Assembly (NCBI GenBank): GCA_002269645.1
Contig: NIVC01000268.1
Coordinates: forward strand, 531,647 to 595,646
Length of the DNA: 64,000 nt
From: Macrostomum lignano
Lineage: Eukaryota
Direction: 5' to 3'
Notes under the pieces: generated by a model
Told to the model about the DNA's origin: nothing
What the model saw: only the letters and a program-made list of their open reading frames with translations
Databases searched by the model: none
Part shown: piece after piece, positions 23,233 to 36,359 of the stretch
How positions within the stretch are numbered: the first letter of the stretch is position 1
How the letters are laid out: every line of letters begins with the position of its first letter
Position numbers and translations under genes: made by a program

Positions 23233-26084
23233 CTCATATTCTGTCCTCTCTCCTTTCTCTCTTTTTGCCACAAAGAGCTTTTAAAGCACTTTTCCCTTAA
23301 AGTTTATTTGGGAGTTGTGTGGGCAGGGAAAATAATTGGCGCACAACACAGTTCCTCTGTGCAGTAAATAAAAATGCATAATTTTTATTTTTCAAGTAAT
23401 TTACCCACGAATTAGTAAATGACTCTAATATGTGACGCTGTAATAAAAATCACTACACTGATTCATACACTTGATTTAGCATCCGTAGTATAGATCTGTA
23501 TGCATGCCGTATGCTTATAAAATTATTCAATACGCACTCAAAATATGACAAAGGCAAACCTCAGCTTCCCTGACCCTTCTCCCGGTGACACAGGAAGTGA
23601 CAGGAAATTGATACCGGCATGGTAGGCTGCTACTATGATATACAGCAGAGACAAGTGCTGAATATTCATTCAACAATGTAATATTTCTCGCTAAACAATT
23701 TGACAAACAATTTGAGGCCAAACTCTGTTCCTCCAAAGTCTGAGTTGTTGCAGCTCTTATATATATACTCGTAGACAATCTTGAGTCTGCTCAGGAGTTT
23801 CCTCCTTACTCCTCGTGCTCTTCCTTGTTGACTCGAATCCCCCATCCCTGCATCCAGTTCTCTGTCTCGTCGTGTTCTCTGGCGCGCATGCCTTCAGAGC
23901 GGATCCGGCCGGTCAGGATGCTTTGGAAATCCTCACAAGCCCGTCTGTTCATCTGTTTATTCACCTCTGCAGCTGACTTGCCCGTTTGCTTTTCAGTAGA
24001 CACATGCAGCGTTTGGGGGAAATGGGATGGGCCTCCTGTCTTATCTACAATCAAGCCGAGTCGCGTATAATAATGTATTTATATTGTATACATTCTAGTG
24101 GCAAACTGGTGTCTTAAGTGTTGAATAATTGTGACAGATTGTTGGACTGCTAGAAATTCTGTATAACAGGCATTTGCAGTTCGTGTTCTTGCACAGAATT
24201 GAGTTGCTTGTTTGGGGTGCTCAGACAGGAGTCCTTTATATGTTTGTTAGGTCAATGTACTCAGTGGCATTAATGGGTCGGTTTGTAGACAACCGACGAT
24301 CCAAGCTTCAGGTTCTTCGGGTCATTCACAGATTCTTTAAGTTCCTCGATTAATTCAGGTTCATCAGTTCATTCAAGTACTTCAGTTTCTTCTGGTCATT
24401 CAGGAAGTTCAGAAATTTCTTAAAAGTCTTTCAGATTCTTTATTTTAGGTAATTCAGTGGACAAAGTTCAGTGGAACCATAAATTTTCCAAGTTCCTCTT
24501 TCTGGCCTATTTTAGATAGAAATATTGATACCACGCAGAATTAGTGCAGTAAATAACTTTTTGTAGTAATTTTTTTCACAAGCAACTACAAGGGAAGATT
24601 GGTGCTGGACAGAAGAAATTACGGAAGCAGGAAGAGGATGAGACGGGACTGGACAGGACTTCAAACCCAAAGAGTCAGGGGCATCAGATTTGTGAATTAA
24701 AAGTTGTATCGCATGCCTCCCTATCTAGTCCTATCTGCTCCGCTTTTTACTGACCGTTCTGAAGGTTTATTGCGTGAAGCAACTCAGGAAGTCGTTTCTG
24801 AAGCCTCCTGACCACCAGCAGCTTCTACAATACAATACAAGGCCGTCAAGCCCCTTTAACCCCTTCGGGGCAAAAATGCTTAAAAACATTTTTAAAACCC
24901 CTCCCTGCGTGCTTGTCTCCGTTAGCTCCGTTCTCTCCTCTTTTCTTTGAAAGTGTATGAAGAAGAGGAGCGAAGGGATTAAGTGTTGGGTTGGGGATGA
25001 GGCAGAGTCTCCTGAAAAGATAAGAGCTCGCAGCTTCCCCCTGCTCTCTCTTCCCTTCCTCTCTTTTCTTTCGTTGGTTTTCTTACGAGCCGTCTGTCCC
25101 AGTTTCCTGCAAGATTATAATAAATTTACTGTCATGCTTTTGCCTGAGCTGTTAACTGTGAAGAAGGACCTGGGCCCTGCCCTCAACTATAATACAGTTT
25201 ATGAATTGGGCGACTTAAAAGTTTAAGTAGGCTATTGTCAATCGAAGGGTGAAAGCGATTTTGAGCGAGAAATTGTCTGCCTGTCCTGTCTGCTTCTACT
25301 AAGGAGCAGAGATTTTTCAGCTTCAGAGATGGTCACGACGAGTGGGAGGGGGAATAGGGAGGCAGAAAGGATGGCGTGGCTACCCGGGACCGGATCCGCT
25401 CCGCCTCTCCTGATGACTTCCGCGAATTTCAATGGCCCGATGAGCTGCTTCTTCGTGCATCCTCGGGCGCTGAGGAGGAGGGATGATGGGGAGTGAAAGA
25501 GGCTGAGCCTTGCTAGACAATACTAACGCCAACTAAAGCACTATAGAAGCCCCTCTATGGCGGATGAAGCTGAGAAGCTGGTCTCTTCCTGAATCAGTGT
25601 GCAATAGATTAGGGCTGGTCTGTCTCTCACTCACCCTCATATACTGTCATCTTCATCGGTTGAAGGTGGTCTTTTATATAAGAAAAAAGGTGAGTCTCAG
25701 CAGCTAAGTCCAGCCTAGAAGATGAGGCGGATCTCTCTAGCAGGATGGGAGATGGTGGCGCCCTCACATTTTTAGAAATTGATGAAGAAAAAAGTAGGTT
25801 CAAGGAGTTGAAATAGTGTGGAAGCTGGACTACGAGTAATCCTCTTGATGACGGACTGACAGTTAGTCAATCTCGCTGAACCTGCCTATATCATCATTAT
25901 AGTCATTTTTAGATCTCTATATCTGAAATATTTTCATAAAGAGCAAAAAAATGAAAAAGCCCAAGTGTCCCAAATTGAATCACCGCGACTTTCATGCTTT
26001 CACTTTTTGTTTGATTATTTTGCTATCAATTTATACTTTAAGAAGGTCAGCTGAGTGCTGCAAACTGTGTGCATAGATAAGGTG

Positions 26085-26480
26085 ATGGCGCCCCTTTCAA
26101 ATGAAATGGCGCCCTTCTTAAATGAACTGGCGCCCTCTCAAATTCAGTTATGAATGAACTGATGGAGTCCCTCCTCTTAAATCAGATGGCACCCAATCAA
26201 ATGAAATGGCGCCCAATCTAATGAAATGGCACCCCTCTTAAAATGAAATGGCGCCCAATCTAATGAAATGGCACCCCTCTTAAAATGAAATGGCGCCCAA
26301 TCAAATGATATGGCGCCCAATCAAATGAAATGGCGCCCAATCTAATGAAATGGCACCCCTCTTAAAATGAAATGGCGCCCAATCAAATGAAATGGCGCCC
26401 AATTAAATGAAATGGTGGCCAATCAAATGATATGGCGCCCAATCGAATGAAATGGCGACCAATCAATGAAATGGCGCCGT
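26085..26480. repeat. AAATGAAATGGCGCCC-core minisatellite
   Basis: About 18 degenerate copies in the same orientation as 21138-21360. Confidence 0.9.
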
Positions 26481-29400
26481 CGTGTAATGAAAAAAATGTC
26501 TGCTGTTGATGGCGCGCAAGAATCTGGATTAGCCCGGAATCAGATATCAACTAGCTAATGCCCTCAGTGGAAGAGGGGCGCAGAGGGGTCGAGGCGGCAT
26601 GTGTCTGTCTGTCTACATAATGCGGGCAAACCTGAGGGGTGAGGGGGCAAAGTGGTCCCCCCTGGTCATGGAGATTTTCCTCAATCGAGTCTGACAGGAG
26701 GATGACTGCTCAATTCCATATTCTCTTATATACATTGTAAGCCCCCCCCCTACTCCTCCGTTGGGGCTGAGAGCAAAGTTTTGGAAGAAAACGAAACACG
26801 GAGAATTTCCAGTTCTCCCGCAATGTTTATCCCTCGCCGCCGCAGCACTCCCCCGCTCCCCTCTCCAGCTCAACCCCTGGGAAGATACACCTGGAGTCTA
26901 TCACTTTCTGATGGCTGGCAAACACTCTTCTGCGACAGGGGACTCTAAGCCCCCTCACCCCCTGCCCTCGCATCTCCCATGCAGTCACTCCACTCCATCC
27001 CAATGCTTTGCTTTTTCCCCATCGAATGCCTGAAAACTTCTTTGGTCTTCTCCTCTTGCGACACTGTATTTCTCTTGAGAGCTTTGCAGGGACGAGAAGG
27101 CCTCTTCTTGCAGCTGCATAGCTTCATCTCTCCAGCCAGGGAGATCTGAAACGAAAATCTGGATTGACAACTCCTTTAGTTTTTGTATCGTATTAATTTT
27201 TAAAAAATCGGTTAGATGACAAGGGATGTTGGTTTTCTCAAGTTTCGACTCCAATGGGATGGATCTCCACAGAGTTATAATTGGGTCAAGCAATTAAACA
27301 AAATCGTTTTTATATCGCTATCGCAAATTTTTTACGTCAATTTTATATTGTTTAATAATTTTTTTATTAATGCTTATAATAAGATGTTGCTCTAATGAAT
27401 CAAGTGTTTTAAAGGTTCGAAAACTGATAAAACAGGAGTTATGAAACATGTAAATTTACTAACAATAAATCATGATCATATCTGCTGTCGGGCAGGGTTC
27501 CTGTACTCCAAACTCTAGTTGTTGGTCTCCCTGTCTCTCTCAGCCCCGCCGATATTCCATCTTCCAAAACTTAATAGTTGGATCCCCCAGCATCCTTAGT
27601 CTTCATCGCTTCTCAGTGAGTCTTCAAACGCGCCAATCCCTAAAAAAGCAAGGTAAAGATTAGATTTTCCTCTCCCTGCCCTGTCCCTCTCCCTCGCTCT
27701 CTTCACCTCAGCGGCAGCAGCAGGTGAAGAGGAACCACACTGGGTTGGAAGGTCCAAAATTGGAAAATAATTCTTACTGAATAGTTAAAGACTTTTATAT
27801 ATTGTATATACATGCAGCCCTAACATGCGGAGCAGACCAACATTCTTCACCACATCCAATCAATTGGCTGCCTGATTTTAGAGAGTTATAATTGCTATGA
27901 GCACACACACCGCACTGGGGGGAGAGAAGACTGACTGGACCTACTGAGCATTGAGATTGAGACTTCGGATGGCCGTAATCCATATAGATTATACTATATA
28001 AGATGAGGTGCTGCTCAGAATGTTGTGTCAAGCCAGATCCTCCAGGAGTTTGCTGAATTGCCAACCTTCTTCACTTCTTTCCCCTATTTTTCGGGCAAGT
28101 TGAAGCCAAGTTAAATCCCCCAGTCCCCAGGCGCGTCGCGCTACGTATTGACAGAGGAGGAGTTGGCGCAAACAGCCAGGTGCAGATTAGACCACCGGGC
28201 GAGACAAACACACACACTTTCCCTCCTCGCGGCTCCTCCTGACCTCCAGCGGGCAGAACCAGCAGCTGCGCAGCAAATTGACTTCTTTGTCCGGAGTCCG
28301 TTGAAGCCTATAGGCGGATGCCAGAGGATAGAGACCAGCGTGGGAACTCCTAAACTCAGGTTTCTTCAATCAAGTCTCTATTATAAGTGAGGAAAATCTC
28401 CGTGTGTGTGTGTGCTCATAGGCTGCTGGGGGAGACTCTCCTTGGGCAAGGCAGGTGTTTCGCAGTCTCAGATGAGTATTAGGGAATCTTGGCACCTCTG
28501 TTTTTATTGTTATAGAGTTTATTTCCCCTACCTACCAGTCTCCCGTTACCGTGAGAACTCGCGTCTGCTGCAGCAGCTTCATTACCTCGGCGCTGATTGC
28601 TTAAATAAAGAATTTGAGATGCAGGAAATTCTATTAATTTGCCAGCGGCCTCTAGCGGTTCTGTTTTTACACCGTTGATTCGGAATAAAATTGAGCCTTG
28701 CGCATGCAGCCGTGGAAAATGAGGAAATCTATTCTCTCTAGCCTCTCCAGATTATTGTTTTTATTTCCCATCTAGAATTGCCTCATTCACTGAGAGCTCT
28801 TTTTTTATCTGAATGGCGTTCTATCGAAACTGGAGTGAATTTCGCTCTTGATAAACTTTTTTATTGCTGATTTTCTTCAATATCAGTCAAGTAATTGATC
28901 GATTTAAATTCAAAAAGACGCAAATAGTAAAACAAAATACAATTATATGCGGCATGCAAGTATAACTTAGAGAATAAAATTTTCGTATATTAGATTTTTT
29001 AATAAATATTTGTAAATTAACGCGAATGTAACTTCGACAATTGGTTGTACATGATAATTTATCATTCACTTTCTTGTTGGCAATTTAAATAACGCATATA
29101 TACGAAATAAGATAGTCGCTAAGATTAACAATAAACAATTGCAAGCGATGTTTACAAAACCAGTGACAAACTCTGCAATATGCAACATACGATGCAAGCT
29201 TCAAACATCAGAAACCGAACTTATGCTATTTAGAAAAGAAACAATTAACAATATAAGCAGGAAAAAGCGAATTTAGAAGCATTTCTTCTTGAGTCAATAG
29301 ACTACAAATTTAATTTCTATACAAAAGAGATTGTTGACCTCCAAATTAGTTGAACATTGAATGGCGGTGTGCAATGCAGCAACGAGGTACAGGTATGTGT

Positions 29401-29619
29401 GCGTATGTGAACTGTTTATCAAGGGCTAGATAGTATGTATCGCTGACACCATTTACCACCAGAAAGCAATTTTAAGCAAACAAGCTAATATATAGCACGA
29501 CTCTGCTATATTGTTTTACATGTTTTTACAATTAAAAATTATAGCACTTGTGCACAAATTTTCGATTGTCTCGCTAAGCGATTAAGAGTCGCAGAGATGC
29601 AATGTTACTCAATACTAGC

Positions 29620-32600
29620 TCAGCTCACCAGCTCAGCCTGAGGCGCAATCAACGGCTCGTCTTCTTCATCCTCGTCCTCGGCCAGCATCTCCTCGTCAAC
29701 GTCCTCCTCTTCGGCGTCGTAGAAGTCCTCGTCCTCGTCCTCGTCGGTTCTGGGATCCTCCGACTCCGGGATGACATTGCCGAAGCGTTCGTGATTCCGG
29801 AGATGTCGCTCCAGGTTGGCCCGCTGACCGAATCGTCTGGAGCAGGTGGCGCACTCGAACGGTCGCTTCTTTTGGTGGATGTTCTTCAGGTGGCGCTGCA
29901 TGTTGGAGCTGATGCTGAACGCGCGGTCGCAGATGGGGCACTGGTACGGCTGCTCGCCTGTGTGCGTTCGAATGTGACGCGACAGATTTGCTGCCCTGGG
30001 AAACGATTTGCCGCAGAATTCGCAGGTGTGCCGGCCACGACGGAGCTGACCGCCGAGGACGCCGTTGGCACCGCCGCCGTCGCTATGGTGTCGCTGGTGC
30101 TGATGATGCGGCTGCGGATGCTGCGGGTGCAGCAGCTGCGACGGCGGAGGATTCCGTTGCGGCGACGGTTCCGATTTGCCTCCGTCGCTGGGCTCGATGA
30201 AGCGCCGATTGACCAGACTCCAGAACGCGGCCGGGTCCATCACTTTCGGCAGGGCCAAGATGCTGCTGTCGGCGGCTCCGCTGCAGCCGCCGCTGCTGCT
30301 GTTGCTGCTGTTGCTCGACTGCGGAGTTGGCGACAGCTTAGTTTGCTTTGCTGACGCGGCAGTGCGGGTTGTTGGCGAGGCCGACTTTAACTGACGCTTT
30401 CGCTTATGCCGTTGAACCGTAGGCTGCTGATCCAGTTCACCGTCGCTGCGGGCTTCCATCTCTTTTGGCTCGTCTTTCGCCGAAGCAACTTCCGATCCGC
30501 GAAGCTCCAGTTGGTTCTCTTCGTCGTAGTCGTCATTGTCGACGTCGTCAATAACCTGCTGTCGTTCAATGCGTTTCGGCACGCTGAGGTCCAGTGGCAG
30601 ACCGTCTACACGTTTGCGATCCTCTGTGACGTCATCCCCATTTTCGGTCGGCGACTTGAAAGCCTCCTCCCCCACAACCAGATCCGATGGCTCATCGACC
30701 AGCGCGGAGGTGGATTGAGCCGCCGGCGACATTGATTGCTCCATCGACGAGTGCTGATGCTCTTCTGGCAGCTCCCTGGAGAGCTGCTGTCGAACCTCCG
30801 GCGTTGTTGACGAATGAGACGATGGCGGTGGCGGTGGTAGCGGTGGTGGCGGCGGTGGGGTCAGTTTGGGCAGCTGGAACGGGCGCTGCCGTTGCTGGAG
30901 CTCCTGTTGCTGATGAGGCGAGCCACCAGCGGCTGCCGCGGCAGCAATCGACTGCAGAAACTTGCGCTGCAGATCGCGATAGAACTCCGGCAGTCCTGCT
31001 GGCCCGCCCGAGCGGTGGTGGTGTTGAGAGTTCGACAGCGACGGAGGCGGCGGTGGAAATGGCATCGGCCACGGCGGCCTCTGGTGCAGCGGCAGCTCCG
31101 TCGGCCACTCGGGCAGCATCGGCCGGTGATGGCTGCCAGGGAAGAACGGCGGTGGCGGCGGCGGTGGCAACATCGACGGCGGAGGTCCCGGCGGATGCAG
31201 CATCGGGTTGGTCAACGGCGGTGGCGGCAGCAGAGCGGAATTCGCCGACCTGTGCATCTGGTGCAGCGGGTGGTGATGATGCTGCCGGTTCCCGTTGGCA
31301 TGCTGCTGTCCCGACGCGGCCTTGCTGGGACTCGGTCGCCGATGCTCCGAGCGTCTCTCGTTGGAAGCGCCGCCGCCACTGCCGCCTGAGCTGTGGCAAG
31401 TCCTCCGGTGCTTGTCCAGCGAGTGCGCCGTGGAGAAGAGCTGGTCACAGCCTGGACAGCTGACTTTCTGACGGCAGGACGGCTGCATCCGCTTGTGCCG
31501 GCACAGGTTGGAGAACTGGGTGTAGCTTTTCTTGCAAACGTCGCATTGGAACGGCTTGTGCGTGCCGTGGATGTGCATGTGCTGCTTGAGGCCGCTGCTA
31601 GTGCCGAAGCCTTTGTCGCAGATCGGGCAGGCGTGAGGACGCGACTCGCTTCGTCCGACGCTGCCGCCTCCGCTGCCGACGCCGCTGCCTACGAGACCTC
31701 CAGCTGGATGGAAACCGGCCGACTCCAGCATGTGTTGATGACTTTCGTTGACATCCTGGTCAAGATCGGGGTCTCCAAGCAGCTCGTCGGAGCAGTAGTT
31801 CAACCGGCAGCCAATCAGCAGGTCGTCCTCTTCGTCGTCTTCTGGACCTTCGAACTCTTCGCCATCTGGGCCGACTTCTTCCGGTTCGGCGTCCAGGTCG
31901 GCTTCGGGGAAATCGGCGAGCTCTTCTCCGGACGGATCCGGCTGGGCCTGCTGGCGGAGCTGCTGCTGCTGCTGCTGCTCCTGATCGGCTGGCGTGCTGA
32001 AATTTTGAAAAGATTGAGTTTTTGTTTTAACGGCCATCAGATCGCCATCAAACGAAGCTGAAAATTTCCATCAGGGAAGCTAAAATGTCCACCAGGGAAG
32101 CTACAATGTCCACCAGGGAAGCTACAATGTCCACCAGGGAAGCTACAATGTCCACCAGGGAAGCTACAATGTCCATCATGGAAGCTAAAATTGTCCATCA
32201 TGGAAGCTACAACTGTCCATCATGGAAGCTACAATTGTCCATCATGGAAGCTACAACTGTCCATCATGGAAGCTAAAATTGTCCATCATGGAAGCTACAA
32301 CTGTCCATCATGGAAGCTACAATTGTCCATCATGGAAGCTACAATTGTCCATCATGGAAGCTACAATTGTCCATCATGGAAGCTACAACTGTCCATCATG
32401 GAAGCTACAACTGTCCATCATGGAAGCTACAACTGTCCATCATGGAAGCTACAATTGTCCATCATGGAAGCTACAATTGTCCATCATGGAAGCTACAACT
32501 GTCCATCATGGAAGCTACAACTGTCCATCATGGAAGCTACAATTGTCCATCATGGAAGCTACAATTGTCCACCAGGGAACGGAAGCTACAATTGTCCACC

Positions 32601-34687
32601 AGGGAAGCTACAATTGTCCACCAGGGAAGCTACAATTGTCCACCAGGGAAGCTACAATTGTCCACCAGGGAAGCTACAATTGTCCACCAGGGAAGCTACA
32701 ATTGTCCATCATGGAAGCTACAACTGTCCATCATGGAAGCTACAATTGTCCATCATGGAAGCTACAACTGTCCATCATGGAAGCTACAATTGTCCATCAT
32801 GGAAGCTACACCTGTCCATCATGGAAGCTACAATTGTCCATCATGGAAGCTACAATTGTCCATCATGGAAGCTACAATTGTCCACCAGGGAACGGAAGCT
32901 ACAATTGTCCACCAGGGAAGCTACAATTGTCCACCAGGGAAGCTACAATTGTCCACCAGGGAAGCTACAATTGTCCACCAGGGAAGCTACAATTGTCCAT
33001 CATGGAAGCTACAACTGTCCATCATGGAAGCTACAATTGTCCATCATGGAAGCTACAACTGTCCATCATGGAAGCTACAATTGTCCATCATGGAAGCTAC
33101 AACTGTCCATCATGGAAGCTACAATTGTCCATCATGGAAGCTACAATTGTCCATCATGGAAGCTACAATTGTCCACCAGGGAACGGAAGCTACAATTGTC
33201 CCCCAGGGAAGCTACAATTGTCCACCAGGGAAGCTACAATTGTCCACCAGGGAAGCTACAATTGTCCACCAGGGAAGCTACAATTGTCCACCAGGGAAGC
33301 TACAATTGTCCACCAGGGAAGCTACAATTGTCCACCAGGGAAGCTACAATTGTCCACCAGGGAAGCTACAATTGTCCACCAGGGAAGCTACAATGTCCAC
33401 CAGGGAAGCTACAATGTCCATTCATCAAATGATATGTAAACAAAAACTGGCATTCGTCATGCTCTCTCACCTTCCAGAACTCTCTTCCACACTATCGTTA
33501 GCCATCCCTGATGTACTATTGAGTAAAGCAGGCACTCTATGAGACGCTGCCGGCACCTGCTGCTGCTGCTGCTGCTGCATCAGAGCCTTGGCGACGCTCT
33601 CCGAATTGCAGCGCATCAAAGTTTTCCTCTTCTCGGCAATATCGGCGTTTGGATTTCGACAAACCGACGTCTCGTGTCGACGCAACGAGCTGATGGTCTT
33701 GAACTGGTTGCCGCACTCGGTGCAAGTGAAATTGTTACCGACTCCTGAATCAATTCATTAGGATAGAAGGCAGTTAGTATCAGATATCTTCATGCTAAAT
33801 CTTCATAAAATGGATATAGAGCATTTATTTCACCATGTTATATACCACTAGAGCAGTACCTCGTGCTATTTAGAACTTCAGTTCGCCTAATGGCATCTAT
33901 GCAGAGCATTGCGAAGCGGTTATGCAATTTTGAGTATAGGCACGTTGTTCTTCAAGAGTTTGACCCTAAATATTGCTGACCTGAACTGTACATTTGCTCG
34001 CTGTCTGTTAGAATAAACTGTTTGTCCAGAAGGAAATGGATGACAGTATGATGTACATCGAATAAGAGTAGGAAGAGATTAGCTATAGCGATTTCGTGAC
34101 CTGACTAACAAGCCTTTATTAAATACATCATTTTGCTGTGATTTTTGGCATCAGTGAACAGCGTATCTCACCTTCGATTCCTGCACCTCCGGCCAGATTT
34201 CCGCCAACTGCACCGCCGCTTCCTCCGGCTTTGGTGGCGGCCGAAGCTGCGGCGGCGGCTGCGGCAGCTGCGTGGTGCAGCCCCGCCAGCATCTGCTGCA
34301 GCGACGCTGGCGACGACCCTGGCGGCGGCGGTGGTGGTGGCGGCGGCGGTGGTGGCGCCAGAAATCGAGCCGACGATGTCGGTGGTCTGGACGACGGAGG
34401 GGTAGCGGCGGCGGCGGCGGCGGCCGCATCCCAGGCGGCAGCAGGTGGCTCAACGAGCTGAACAAGCCGGGAGGAAACGGAGCCACCGGCGAGCTGCCAC
34501 TTGACATCGGCGGCAGCAGCGGTGGCAGTGAGGGCGGCTGATACTGCTGATGCATCGTCAGCGCCGCTGAGCCGCCTCTTCCACCAGCTGACGCCGCGGC
34601 TGCGTAGAGCTGCTCGAGGATCATCAGGTGCTGCTGCGGTTCGCCTCGCTTTTGAAATGCCGCCGCTGCTGTGGTCTGCACGGAAAG
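29620..34687 (-). CDS. MECOM: MECOM(EVI1)/PRDM16/Hamlet/EGL-43-family C2H2 zinc-finger transcription factor; at least 3 exons, 5' end unresolved
   Basis: Exons 34687-34172, 33744-33471, 31996-29620 (phases 1, 2). Fingers [40 protein letters not shown] and [18 protein letters not shown] match EVI1 ZF5-7. [34 protein letters not shown] and [14 protein letters not shown] match ZF8-10. CtBP motif PLDLS and an acidic tail are present. Exon 2 adds a C2HC finger. The symbol denotes the family, not a specific paralogue. Confidence 0.9.
32075..33420. repeat. 22-bp minisatellite (ATGGAAGCTACAATTGTCCATC / AGGGAAGCTACAATTGTCCACC) filling an intron of the zinc-finger gene
   Basis: About 60 copies in two alternating variants. 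Explains three ~410-aa spurious ORFs. Confidence 0.97.
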
Positions 34688-35980
34688 CTGCATAAAATCA
34701 AATGCGAAACAGATTAGGGAATGACTAATCATATCTATAAGCCGTTTGGAATATTAACAGGTGTGTTTGAGCTACCCGATAGATTGGATTTGTGTCATCG
34801 GGCAGTCAGCTAGTCTGTCAGCCTCCCCCCCCATAGGCGCAATTTAATTAAGCTACAAAAAATCAGAGCAGTTATAGGTCTTATAAGATATGTATTGGAA
34901 CTGCTTGGGGAGGCTCCATCGGATTCTGCAGGCTCAAACACCATGGATAATGCATGCTTCCACGATAACGCTGATTCGAAGGCCGAACACAAACACACCA
35001 TGCAGCTCAGCCTTCGAGTATAAGCTCAGTAACCCCAAGTTGAGTAGCTAGTCTTGTCTAAATAGTTATAAGCGATAAGAGATTTAGTTGAAGGAAGAAC
35101 ACACATCCCAGGAAGCTGATTAACTACATAGCCAGCATCATTGTTAATTGATTAATATTGAGACACATGAAACGGGTCGAGGGCTTATATAATAAAGTAT
35201 AATTTCTATCAAAAGCTGAAAGATTCATTGGCTCACCTCATCGGGAAACAGACTGCTGGCCATTGAGAGTTTACTGCGGGGATCCGTTGTTGCAGTATCT
35301 GTCAGAGGTGTGAGATTGCAAAAGTTGCTATTGCGAGATGTGCACGAATTACTGGGAACAGTCTGCGTGCCAGTTTAGGCGGTAATAAATAATAATTCTC
35401 ACAAACCGGGAAAATATTGGGAGAAATTTGAGCTTCAGAGACTGCATGCTGCAAGACCCATGCGCGCATGCTGCAGTTGGACATGCTGGAAAAGGGGAGA
35501 ACGCAAACGGAAACTGCAGGGATGGAGTAAGAAAGCAGGAACTGAGAGAGCGGGCAAGGACTCCCATGCAGACACCGCTTTTGTGGACAATGCCACCCCA
35601 GTCACAGCACAGGCTGCGCGAGAATTGGTAATGGGATGCCGCGCGCAGAGGACCAAGGACGCTTCATCATCAGAAATCTGAGCCTTTTCCACCAAAGAAT
35701 TTCTGTGTGTACATCGAATTGGTGCTTATAATATGTATAATAGTAAACAGACAGGCTGTCTGTCTGCATAGTATCGGTGTACGAGTGAATCCATCCGAGG
35801 AAGGAAGTGCTGGAAGTCTATGAAAAGGGACAAAAACTTTTGCTGGGATAGTTGACCATATTCGATGTGATGTGATACCTTAATACTAATGCCATCTTTG
35901 CTTTTCCAAATTGATTTAGAGAGGACAGGAAGTTACATTTAATGTTCCTCGGGTGTGTTTCAGCTTATGCATTAATATCA

Positions 35981-36359
35981 GAGGCGCCAGCACCAGAGGC
36001 GCCAGCACCAGAGGCGCCAGCACCAGAGGCGCCAGCACCAGAGGCGCCAGCACCAGAGACGCCAGCACCAGAGGCGCCAGCACCAGAGGCGCCAGCACCA
36101 GAGGCGCCAGCACCAGAGGCGCCAGCACCAGAGGCGCCAGCACCAGAGGCGCCAGCACCAGAGGCGCCAGCACCAGAGGCGCCAGCACCAGAGGCGCCAG
36201 CACCAGAGGCGCCAGCACCAGAGGCGCCAGCACCAGAGGCGCCAGCACCAGAGGCGCCAGCACCAGAGGCGCCAGCACCAGAGGCGCCAGCACCAGAGGC
36301 GCCAGCACCAGAGGCGCCAGCACCAGAGGCGCCAGCACCAGAGGCGCCAGCACCAGAAG
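35981..36359. repeat. 15-bp minisatellite (GAGGCGCCAGCACCA) x ~25
   Basis: Nearly perfect tandem copies. Confidence 0.97.

Noticed and set aside
24850-24875. piggyBac left end (TTAA-CCCCTT)
   Set aside because: I found no matching right end (AGGG-TTAA) and no transposase.
29602-32061. Plus-strand ORFs antisense to the zinc-finger exon
   Set aside because: Shadow ORFs of GC-rich coding sequence; the minus frame carries the conserved fingers.
32085-33542. ORFs of 405-413 aa
   Set aside because: They are translations of a 22-bp minisatellite inside a phase-consistent intron of the zinc-finger gene.
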